Positions 1-9,807 of a stretch of DNA of 64,000 nt are shown one piece after another. A program made the translations under genes and the position numbers. The DNA lies in assembly GCF_000026545.1 (NCBI RefSeq), contig NC_011601.1. One strand, given 5' to 3'. This DNA is from Escherichia coli O127:H6 str. E2348/69. GTDB lineage: Bacteria; Pseudomonadota; Gammaproteobacteria; Enterobacterales; Enterobacteriaceae. The notes under the pieces were generated by a model. It ran no database searches and was not told where the DNA came from. It saw nothing but the letters and a program-made list of their open reading frames with translations. Position 1 is the first letter of the stretch; each line of letters begins with the position of its first letter.

Positions 1-186
1 AGCTTTTCATTCTGCCTGCAACGGGCAATATGTCTCTGTGTGGATTAAAAAAAGAGTGTCTGATAGCAGCTTCTGAACTGGTTACCTGCCGTGAGTAAAT
101 TAAAATTTTATTGACTTAGGTCACTAAATACTTTAACCAATATAGGCATAGCGCACAGACAGATAAAAATTACAGAGTACACAACA

Positions 187-255
<69 letters not shown>

Positions 256-278
256 CGCGTACAGGAAACACAGAAAAA

Positions 279-309
279 AGCCCGCACCTGACAGTGCGGG
301 CTTTTTTTT
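279..309 (+). terminator. thr attenuator (rho-independent terminator)
   Basis: GC-rich inverted repeat agcccgcacctgacagtgcgggct followed by a run of 8 T, between thrL and thrA. Confidence 0.8.
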
Positions 310-335
310 CGACCAAAGGTAACGAGGTAACAACC

Positions 336-2798
336 ATGCGAGTGTTGAAGTTCGGCGGTACATCAGTGGCAAATGCAGAACGTTTTCTGCGGGTTGCCGA
401 TATTCTGGAAAGCAATGCCAGGCAGGGGCAGGTGGCCACCGTCCTCTCTGCCCCCGCCAAAATCACCAACCACCTGGTGGCGATGATTGAAAAAACCATT
501 AGCGGCCAGGATGCTTTACCCAATATCAGCGATGCCGAACGTATTTTTGCCGAACTTTTGACGGGACTCGCCGCCGCCCAGCCGGGGTTCCCGCTGGCGC
601 AATTGAAAACTTTCGTCGATCAGGAATTTGCCCAAATAAAACATGTCCTGCATGGCATTAGTTTGTTGGGGCAGTGCCCGGATAGCATCAACGCTGCGCT
701 GATTTGCCGTGGCGAGAAAATGTCGATCGCCATTATGGCCGGCGTATTAGAAGCGCGCGGTCACAACGTTACCGTTATCGATCCGGTCGAAAAACTGCTG
801 GCAGTGGGGCATTACCTCGAATCTACCGTCGATATTGCTGAGTCCACCCGCCGTATTGCGGCAAGCCGCATTCCGGCTGATCACATGGTGTTGATGGCAG
901 GTTTCACCGCCGGTAATGAAAAAGGCGAACTGGTGGTGCTTGGACGTAACGGTTCCGACTACTCTGCTGCGGTGCTGGCTGCCTGTTTACGCGCCGATTG
1001 TTGCGAGATTTGGACGGACGTTGACGGGGTCTATACCTGCGACCCGCGTCAGGTGCCCGATGCGAGGTTGTTGAAGTCGATGTCCTACCAGGAAGCGATG
1101 GAGCTTTCCTACTTCGGCGCTAAAGTTCTTCACCCCCGCACCATTACCCCCATCGCCCAGTTCCAGATCCCTTGCCTGATTAAAAATACCGGAAATCCTC
1201 AAGCACCAGGTACGCTCATTGGTGCCAGCCGTGATGAAGACGAATTACCGGTCAAGGGCATTTCCAATCTGAATAACATGGCAATGTTCAGCGTTTCTGG
1301 TCCGGGGATGAAAGGGATGGTCGGCATGGCGGCGCGCGTCTTTGCAGCGATGTCACGCGCCCGTATTTCCGTGGTGCTGATTACGCAATCATCTTCCGAA
1401 TACAGTATCAGTTTCTGCGTTCCACAAAGCGACTGTGTGCGAGCTGAACGGGCAATGCAGGAAGAGTTCTACCTGGAACTGAAAGAAGGCTTACTGGAGC
1501 CGTTGGCGGTGACGGAACGGCTGGCCATTATCTCGGTGGTAGGTGATGGTATGCGCACCTTACGTGGGATCTCGGCGAAATTCTTTGCCGCGCTGGCCCG
1601 CGCCAATATCAACATTGTCGCCATTGCTCAGGGATCTTCTGAACGCTCAATCTCTGTCGTGGTCAATAACGATGATGCGACCACTGGCGTGCGCGTTACT
1701 CATCAGATGCTGTTCAATACCGATCAGGTTATCGAAGTGTTTGTGATTGGCGTCGGTGGCGTTGGTGGTGCGCTGCTGGAGCAACTGAAGCGTCAGCAAA
1801 GCTGGTTGAAGAATAAACATATCGACTTACGTGTCTGCGGTGTTGCTAACTCGAAGGCACTGCTCACCAATGTACATGGCCTTAATCTGGAAAACTGGCA
1901 GGAAGAACTGGCGCAAGCCAAAGAGCCGTTTAATCTCGGGCGCTTAATTCGCCTCGTGAAAGAATATCATCTGCTGAACCCGGTCATTGTTGACTGTACT
2001 TCCAGCCAGGCAGTGGCGGATCAATATGCCGACTTCCTGCGCGAAGGTTTCCACGTTGTTACGCCGAACAAAAAGGCCAACACCTCGTCGATGGATTACT
2101 ACCATCAGTTGCGTTATGCGGCGGAAAAATCGCGGCGTAAATTCCTCTATGACACCAACGTTGGGGCTGGATTACCGGTTATTGAGAACCTGCAAAATCT
2201 GCTCAATGCTGGTGATGAATTGATGAAGTTCTCCGGCATTCTTTCAGGTTCGCTTTCTTATATCTTCGGCAAGTTAGACGAAGGCATGAGTTTCTCCGAG
2301 GCGACCACACTGGCGCGGGAAATGGGTTATACCGAACCGGACCCGCGAGATGATCTTTCTGGTATGGATGTGGCGCGTAAACTATTGATTCTCGCTCGTG
2401 AAACGGGACGTGAACTGGAGTTGGCGGATATTGAAATTGAACCTGTGCTGCCCGCAGAGTTTAACGCCGAGGGTGATGTTGCCGCTTTTATGGCGAATCT
2501 GTCACAGCTCGACGATCTCTTTGCCGCGCGTGTGGCGAAGGCCCGTGATGAAGGAAAAGTTTTGCGCTATGTTGGCAATATTGATGAAGATGGCGTCTGC
2601 CGCGTGAAGATTGCCGAAGTGGATGGTAATGATCCGCTGTTCAAAGTGAAAAATGGCGAAAACGCCCTGGCCTTCTATAGCCACTATTATCAGCCGCTGC
2701 CGTTGGTACTGCGCGGATATGGGGCGGGCAATGACGTTACAGCTGCCGGTGTCTTTGCTGATCTGCTACGTACCCTCTCATGGAAGTTAGGAGTCTGA
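336..2798 (+). CDS. thrA: bifunctional aspartokinase I / homoserine dehydrogenase I
   Basis: 820-aa ORF starting [20 protein letters not shown]-track entry 294..2798 carries an N-terminal extension, the ATG at 336 is the recognised start. Confidence 0.95.
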
Positions 2799-2799
2799 C

Positions 2800-3732
2800 A
2801 TGGTTAAAGTTTATGCCCCGGCTTCCAGTGCCAATATGAGCGTCGGGTTTGATGTGCTCGGGGCGGCGGTGACACCTGTTGATGGTGCATTGCTCGGAGA
2901 TGTAGTCACGGTTGAGGCAGCAGAGACATTCAGTCTCAACAACCTCGGACGCTTTGCCGATAAGCTGCCGTCAGAGCCACGGGAAAATATCGTTTATCAG
3001 TGCTGGGAGCGTTTTTGCCAGGAGCTTGGCAAGCAAATTCCAGTGGCGATGACTCTGGAAAAGAATATGCCGATCGGTTCGGGCTTAGGCTCCAGCGCCT
3101 GTTCAGTGGTCGCGGCGCTGATGGCGATGAATGAACACTGCGGCAAGCCGCTTAATGACACTCGTTTGCTGGCTTTGATGGGTGAGCTGGAAGGGCGTAT
3201 CTCCGGCAGCATTCATTACGACAACGTGGCACCGTGTTTTCTTGGTGGTATGCAGTTGATGATTGAAGAAAACGACATCATCAGTCAGCAAGTGCCAGGG
3301 TTTGATGAGTGGCTGTGGGTGCTGGCGTATCCGGGGATTAAAGTCTCGACGGCAGAAGCCCGGGCTATTTTACCGGCGCAGTATCGCCGCCAGGATTGCA
3401 TTGCGCACGGGCGACATCTGGCAGGCTTTATTCACGCCTGCTATTCCCGTCAGCCTGAGCTTGCCGCGAAGCTGATGAAAGATGTTATCGCTGAACCCTA
3501 CCGTGAACGGTTACTGCCAGGCTTCCGGCAGGCGCGGCAGGCGGTCGCGGAAATCGGCGCGGTAGCGAGCGGTATCTCCGGCTCCGGCCCGACTTTGTTC
3601 GCTCTGTGTGACAAGCCGGATACCGCCCAGCGCGTTGCCGACTGGTTGGGTAAGAACTACCTGCAAAATCAGGAAGGTTTTGTTCATATTTGCCGGCTGG
3701 ATACGGCGGGCGCACGAGTACTGGAAAACTAA
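2800..3732 (+). CDS. thrB: homoserine kinase
   Basis: 310-aa [24 protein letters not shown], immediately after thrA. Confidence 0.95.
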
Positions 3733-5019
3733 ATGAAACTCTACAATCTGAAAGATCACAATGAGCAGGTCAGCTTTGCGCAAGCCGTAACCCAGGGGTT
3801 GGGCAAAAATCAGGGGCTGTTTTTCCCGCACGACCTGCCGGAATTCAGCCTGACTGAAATTGATGAGATGCTGAAGCTGGATTTTGTCACCCGCAGTGCG
3901 AAGATCCTCTCGGCGTTTATTGGTGATGAAATCCCGCAGGAAATCCTGGAAGAGCGCGTACGCGCGGCGTTTGCCTTCCCGGCTCCGGTCGCCAATGTTG
4001 AAAGCGATGTCGGTTGTCTGGAGTTGTTTCACGGGCCAACGCTGGCATTTAAAGATTTCGGCGGTCGCTTTATGGCACAAATGCTGACCCATATTGCGGG
4101 CGATAAGCCAGTGACCATTCTGACCGCGACCTCCGGTGATACCGGAGCGGCAGTGGCTCATGCTTTCTACGGTTTGCCGAATGTGAAAGTGGTTATCCTC
4201 TATCCACGAGGCAAAATCAGTCCACTGCAAGAAAAACTGTTCTGTACATTGGGCGGCAATATTGAAACTGTTGCCATCGACGGCGATTTCGATGCCTGTC
4301 AGGCGCTGGTGAAGCAGGCGTTTGATGATGAAGAACTGAAAGTGGCGCTGGGGCTAAACTCAGCTAACTCGATTAACATCAGCCGTTTGCTGGCGCAGAT
4401 TTGCTACTACTTTGAAGCTGTTGCGCAGCTGCCGCAGGAAGCGCGCAACCAGCTGGTTGTCTCGGTGCCAAGCGGAAACTTCGGCGATTTGACGGCGGGT
4501 CTGCTGGCGAAGTCACTCGGTCTGCCGGTAAAACGTTTTATTGCTGCGACCAACGTGAACGATACCGTACCACGTTTCCTGCACGACGGTCAGTGGTCAC
4601 CCAAAGCGACTCAGGCGACGTTATCCAATGCGATGGATGTTAGCCAGCCAAACAACTGGCCGCGTGTGGAAGAGTTGTTCCGCCGCAAAATCTGGCAACT
4701 GAAAGAGCTGGGGTATGCAGCCGTGGATGATGAAACCACGCAACAGACAATGCGTGAGTTAAAAGAACTGGGCTATACCTCGGAGCCGCACGCTGCCGTA
4801 GCTTATCGTGCGCTGCGTGACCAGTTGAATCCAGGCGAATATGGCTTGTTCCTCGGCACCGCGCATCCGGCGAAATTTAAAGAGAGCGTGGAAGCGATTC
4901 TCGGTGAAACGTTGGATCTGCCAAAAGAGCTGGCAGAACGTGCTGATTTACCCTTGCTTTCGCATAACCTGCCCGCCGATTTTGCTGCGTTGCGTAAATT
5001 GATGATGAATCATCAGTAA
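3733..5019 (+). CDS. thrC: threonine synthase
   Basis: 428-aa ORF MKLYNLKDHNEQVSFAQAV, start abuts thrB stop. Confidence 0.95.
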   Translation: MKLYNLKDHNEQVSFAQAVTQGLGKNQGLFFPHDLPEFSLTEIDEMLKLDFVTRSAKILSAFIGDEIPQEILEERVRAAFAFPAPVANVESDVGCLELFHGPTLAFKDFGGRFMAQMLTHIAGDKPVTILTATSGDTGAAVAHAFYGLPNVKVVILYPRGKISPLQEKLFCTLGGNIETVAIDGDFDACQALVKQAFDDEELKVALGLNSANSINISRLLAQICYYFEAVAQLPQEARNQLVVSVPSGNFGDLTAGLLAKSLGLPVKRFIAATNVNDTVPRFLHDGQWSPKATQATLSNAMDVSQPNNWPRVEELFRRKIWQLKELGYAAVDDETTQQTMRELKELGYTSEPHAAVAYRALRDQLNPGEYGLFLGTAHPAKFKESVEAILGETLDLPKELAERADLPLLSHNLPADFAALRKLMMNHQ

Positions 5020-5039
5020 CATCTATTCATTATCTCAAT

Positions 5040-5076
5040 CAGGCCGGGTTTGCTTTTATGCAGCCCGGCTTTTTTA
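5040..5076 (+). terminator. thr operon terminator
   Basis: inverted repeat gccggg...cccggc followed by tttttt just downstream of thrC stop. Confidence 0.6.
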
Positions 5077-5232
5077 TGAAGAAAATATGGAGAAAAACGA
5101 CAGGGAAAAAGGAGAAATTCTCAATAAATGCGGTAACTTAGAGATTAGGATTGCGGAGAATAACAACTGCCGTTCTCATCGCGTAATCTCCGGATATCGA
5201 CCCATAACGGGCAATGATAAAAGGAGTAACCT

Positions 5233-5529
5233 GTGAAAAAGATGCAATCTATCGTACTCGCACTTTCCCTGGTTCTGGTCGCTCCCATGGCAGCGCAGGC
5301 TGCGGAAATTACGCTAGTCCCGTCAGTAAAATTACAGATAGGCGATCGTGATAATCGTGGCTATTACTGGGATGGCGGTCACTGGCGCGACCACGGCTGG
5401 TGGAAACAACATTATGAATGGCGAGGCAATCGCTGGCACCCACATGGACCGCCGCCATCGCCGCGCCATAACAAGCACAATGATCATCGTGGCGATCATC
5501 GTCCGGGGCCTGACAAACATCATCGCTAA
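5233..5529 (+). CDS. yaaX: DUF2502 family secreted His/Arg/Trp-rich protein
   Basis: 98-aa ORF with signal peptide [23 protein letters not shown] and H/R/W-rich repeats; GTG start. Confidence 0.8.
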   Translation: MKKMQSIVLALSLVLVAPMAAQAAEITLVPSVKLQIGDRDNRGYYWDGGHWRDHGWWKQHYEWRGNRWHPHGPPPSPRHNKHNDHRGDHRPGPDKHHR

Positions 5530-5578
5530 ATATCAATGCCGGATTGCCATCCGGCATTATCCGGCATTGACTACAAAC

Positions 5579-6355
5579 TTAACGTTGTTCGTAGCGTTTA
5601 AACACCAGTTCGCCATTGCTGGAGGAAGCTTCATCAAAGAAGTAACCTTCGCTATTAAAACCAGTCAGTTGCTCTGGTTTGGTCAGCCGATTTTCAATAA
5701 TGAAACGACTCATCAGACCGCGTGCTTTCTTAGCGTAGAAGCTGATTATCTTAAATTTGCCGTTCTTCTCATCGAGGAACACTGGCTTGATAATCTCGGC
5801 ATTCAATTTCTTCGGCTTCACCGATTTAAAATACTCATCTGACGCCAGATTTATCACTACATTATCGCCTTGTGCTGCGAGCGCCTCGTTCAGCTTGTTG
5901 GTGATGATATCTCCCCAGAATTGATACAGATCTTTCCCTCGGGCATTCTCAAGACGTATCCCCATTTCCAGACGATAAGGCTGCATTAAATCGAGCGGGC
6001 GCAGTACGCCATACAAGCCGGAAAGCATTCGCAAATGCTGTTGGGCAAAATCGAAATCGTCTTCGCTGAAGGTTTCGGCCTGCAAGCCAGTGTAGACATC
6101 ACCTTTAAACGCCAGAATTGCCTGGCGGGCATTCTCCGGTGTGAAATCTGGCTGCCAGTCATGAAAGCGAGCGGCATTGATACCCGCCAGTTTGTCGCTG
6201 ATGCGCATCAGGGAGCTAATCTGCGGGGGCGTCAGTTTCCGCGCTTCATGGATCAGCTGCTGGGCGTTGTCTAACAGCTCCGGCAGCGTATAGCGCGTGG
6301 TGGTCAACGGGCTTTGGTAATCAAGCGTTTTCGCAGGTGAAATAAGAATCAGCAT
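5579..6355 (-). CDS. yaaA: peroxide stress protein YaaA (UPF0246)
   Basis: 258-aa [19 protein letters not shown]. Confidence 0.9.
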   Translation of the reverse strand: MLILISPAKTLDYQSPLTTTRYTLPELLDNAQQLIHEARKLTPPQISSLMRISDKLAGINAARFHDWQPDFTPENARQAILAFKGDVYTGLQAETFSEDDFDFAQQHLRMLSGLYGVLRPLDLMQPYRLEMGIRLENARGKDLYQFWGDIITNKLNEALAAQGDNVVINLASDEYFKSVKPKKLNAEIIKPVFLDEKNGKFKIISFYAKKARGLMSRFIIENRLTKPEQLTGFNSEGYFFDEASSSNGELVFKRYEQR

Positions 6356-6424
6356 ATCCAGTCCTTGCAGGAAATTTATGCCGACTTTAGCAAAAAAAGA
6401 GAATGAGTTGATCGATAGTTGTGA

Positions 6425-7855
6425 TTACTCCTGCGAAACATCATCCCACGCGTCTGGAGAAAGCTGGCGACCGATCTCCGGATAACGCAACGGATCAAAC
6501 ACCGGGCGCACGCCGAGTTTACGCTGGCGTAGATAATCACTGGCAATGGTATGAACCACAGGCGAGAGCAATAATATGGCGGTCAAATTGGTAATAGCCA
6601 TGCAGGCCATAATGATATCTGCCAGTTGCCACATCAGCGGAAAACTTAGCAAGGTGCCGCCGATGACCGTTGCGAAGGTGCAGATCCGCAGACACCAGAT
6701 CGCTTTAGGGTTGTTCAGGCGTAAAAAGAAGAGATTGTTTTCGGCATAAATGTAGTTGGCAACGATGGAGCTGAAGGCAAACAGAATAACCACGAGGGTA
6801 ACAAACTCCGCACCCCAGGAACCCATTAGCACCCGCATCGCCTTCTGGATAAGCTGAATACCTTCCAGCGGCATGTAGGTTGTGCCGTTACCCGCCAGTA
6901 ATATCAGCATGGCGCTTGCCGTGCAGATGACCAGGGTGTCGATAAAAATGCCAATCATCTGGACAATTCCTTGCGCTGCCGGATGCGGAGGCCAGGACGC
7001 AGCTGCCGCTGCCGCGTTTGGCGTCGACCCCATTCCCGCCTCATTGGAAAACATACTGCGCTGAAAACCGTTAGTAATCGCCTGGCTTAAGGTATATCCC
7101 GCCGCGCCGCCTGCAGCTTCCTGCCAGCCAAAAGCACTCTCAAAAATAGACCAAATGACGTGGGGAAGTTGCCCGATATTCATTACGCAAATTACCAGGC
7201 TGGTCAGTACCCAGATTATCGCCATCAACGGGACAAACCCCTGCATGAGCCGGGCGACGCCATGAAGACCGCGAGTGATTGCCAGCAGAGCAAAGACAGC
7301 GAGAATAATTCCTGTCACCAGCGGAGGAAAATCAAAAGAAAAACTCAGGGCGCGGGCAACGGCGTTCGCCTGAACTCCGCTGAAAATTATGCCGTAGGCG
7401 ATGAGCAAAAATAGGGCGAACAGAACGCCCATCCAGCGCATCCCCAGCCCGCGCGCCATATACCATGCCGGTCCGCCACGAAACTGCCCATTAACGTCAC
7501 GTTCTTTATAAAGTTGTGCAAGGGAACATTCGGCAAACGAGGTCGCCATGCCGATAAACGCGGCAACCCACATCCAGAAGACGGCACCTGGTCCACCGGC
7601 GGTAATAGCCAGCGCAACGCCAGCCAGGTTGCCGCTACCCACGCGCGCCGCAAGACTGGTACACAATGACTGAAATGAGGTTAAACCGCCTGGCTGTGGA
7701 TGAATGCTATTTTTAAGACTTTTGCCAAACTGGCGGATGTAGCGAAACTGCACAAATCCGGTGCGAAAAGTGAACCAACAACCTGCGCCGAAGAGCAGGT
7801 AAATCATTACCGATCCCCAAAGGACGCTGTTAATAAAGGAGAAAAAATCTGGCAT
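6425..7855 (-). CDS. yaaJ: alanine/glycine:cation symporter (AGCS family)
   Basis: 476-aa polytopic membrane ORF. Confidence 0.9.
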   Translation of the reverse strand: MPDFFSFINSVLWGSVMIYLLFGAGCWFTFRTGFVQFRYIRQFGKSLKNSIHPQPGGLTSFQSLCTSLAARVGSGNLAGVALAITAGGPGAVFWMWVAAFIGMATSFAECSLAQLYKERDVNGQFRGGPAWYMARGLGMRWMGVLFALFLLIAYGIIFSGVQANAVARALSFSFDFPPLVTGIILAVFALLAITRGLHGVARLMQGFVPLMAIIWVLTSLVICVMNIGQLPHVIWSIFESAFGWQEAAGGAAGYTLSQAITNGFQRSMFSNEAGMGSTPNAAAAAASWPPHPAAQGIVQMIGIFIDTLVICTASAMLILLAGNGTTYMPLEGIQLIQKAMRVLMGSWGAEFVTLVVILFAFSSIVANYIYAENNLFFLRLNNPKAIWCLRICTFATVIGGTLLSFPLMWQLADIIMACMAITNLTAILLLSPVVHTIASDYLRQRKLGVRPVFDPLRYPEIGRQLSPDAWDDVSQE

Positions 7856-8133
7856 GCATATCCCTCTTATTGCCGGTCGCGATGACTTTCCTGTGTAAAC
7901 GTTACCAATTGTTTAAGAAGTATATACGCTACGAGGTACTTGATAACTTCTGCGTAGCATACATGAGGTTTTGTATAAAAATGGCGGGCGATATCAACGC
8001 AGTGTCAGAAATCCGAAACAGTCTCGCCTGGCGATAACCGTCTTGTCGGCGGTTGCGCTGACGTTGCGTCGTGATATCATCAGGGCAGACCGATTACATC
8101 CCCCTAACAAGCTGTTTAAAGAGAAATACTATC

Positions 8134-9087
8134 ATGACGGACAAATTGACCTCCCTTCGTCAGTACACCACCGTAGTGGCCGACACTGGGGACATCGCGG
8201 CAATGAAGCTGTATCAACCGCAGGATGCCACAACCAACCCTTCTCTCATTCTTAACGCAGCGCAGATTCCGGAATACCGTAAGTTGATTGATGATGCTGT
8301 CGCCTGGGCGAAACAGCAGAGCAACGATCGCGCGCAGCAGATCGTGGACGCGACCGACAAACTGGCAGTAAATATTGGTCTGGAAATCCTGAAACTGGTT
8401 CCGGGCCGTATCTCAACTGAAGTTGATGCGCGTCTTTCCTATGACACCGAAGCGTCAATTGCGAAAGCAAAACGCCTGATCAAACTCTACAACGATGCAG
8501 GTATTAGCAACGATCGTATTCTGATCAAACTGGCTTCTACCTGGCAGGGTATCCGTGCTGCAGAACAGCTGGAAAAAGAAGGCATCAACTGTAACCTGAC
8601 CCTGCTGTTCTCCTTCGCTCAGGCTCGTGCTTGTGCGGAAGCGGGCGTGTTCCTGATCTCGCCGTTTGTTGGCCGTATTCTTGACTGGTACAAAGCGAAT
8701 ACCGATAAGAAAGAGTACGCTCCGGCAGAAGATCCGGGCGTGGTTTCTGTATCTGAAATCTACCAGTACTACAAAGAGCACGGTTATGAAACCGTGGTTA
8801 TGGGCGCAAGCTTCCGTAACATCGGCGAAATTCTGGAACTGGCAGGTTGCGACCGTCTGACCATCGCACCGGCACTGCTGAAAGAGCTGGCTGAGAGCGA
8901 AGGGGCTATCGAACGTAAACTGTCTTACACCGGCGAAGTGAAAGCGCGTCCGGCGCGTATCACTGAGTCCGAGTTCCTGTGGCAGCATAACCAGGATCCA
9001 ATGGCAGTAGATAAACTGGCGGAAGGTATCCGTAAGTTTGCTGTTGACCAGGAAAAACTGGAAAAAATGATCGGCGATCTGCTGTAA
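8134..9087 (+). CDS. talB: transaldolase B
   Basis: 317-aa [46 protein letters not shown]-track 8071 start is an upstream extension. Confidence 0.95.
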
Positions 9088-9201
9088 TCATTCTTAGCGT
9101 GACCGGGAAGTCGGTCACGCTACCTCTTCTGAAGCCTGTCTGTCACTCCCTTCGCAGTGTATCATTCTGTTTAACGAGACTGTTTAAACGGAAAAATCTT
9201 G

Positions 9202-9789
9202 ATGAATACTTTACGTATTGGCTTAGTTTCCATCTCTGATCGCGCATCCAGCGGCGTTTATCAGGATAAAGGCATCCCTGCGTTGGAAGAATGGCTGACA
9301 TCGGCGCTAACCACGCCGTTTGAACTGGAAACCCGCTTAATCCCCGACGAGCAGGCGATCATCGAGCAAACGTTGTGTGAGCTGGTGGATGAAATGAGTT
9401 GCCATCTGGTGCTCACCACGGGCGGAACTGGCCCGGCGCGTCGTGACGTAACGCCCGATGCGACGCTGGCAGTAGCGGACCGCGAGATGCCTGGCTTTGG
9501 TGAACAGATGCGCCAGATCAGCCTGCATTTTGTACCAACTGCGATCCTTTCGCGTCAGGTGGGCGTGATTCGCAAACAGGCGCTGATCCTTAACTTACCC
9601 GGTCAGCCGAAGTCGATTAAAGAGACGCTGGAAGGCGTGAAGGACGCTGCGGGTAACGTTGTGGTGCATGGTATTTTTGCCAGCGTACCGTACTGCATTC
9701 AGTTGCTGGAAGGGCCATACATTGAAACGGCACCGGAAGTGGTTGCAGCATTCAGACCGAAGAGTGCAAGACGCGACGTTAGCGAATAA
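9202..9789 (+). CDS. mog: molybdopterin adenylyltransferase
   Basis: 195-aa ORF MNTLRIGLVSISDRASSGVY. Confidence 0.9.
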   Translation: MNTLRIGLVSISDRASSGVYQDKGIPALEEWLTSALTTPFELETRLIPDEQAIIEQTLCELVDEMSCHLVLTTGGTGPARRDVTPDATLAVADREMPGFGEQMRQISLHFVPTAILSRQVGVIRKQALILNLPGQPKSIKETLEGVKDAAGNVVVHGIFASVPYCIQLLEGPYIETAPEVVAAFRPKSARRDVSE

Positions 9790-9799
9790 AAAAATCCCC

Positions 9800-9807
9800 C
9801 CGAGCGG
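9800..9807. repeat. left copy of target-site duplication flanking IS50-like element
   Basis: ccgagcgg immediately before the element end; identical 8-mer immediately after the other end at 11358..11365. Confidence 0.6.

Noticed and set aside
294-335. N-terminal extension of thrA suggested by the ORF track (start at 294)
   Set aside because: The extension would run through the thr attenuator terminator; the ATG at 336 with an upstream AGGT/GAGG RBS is the established start
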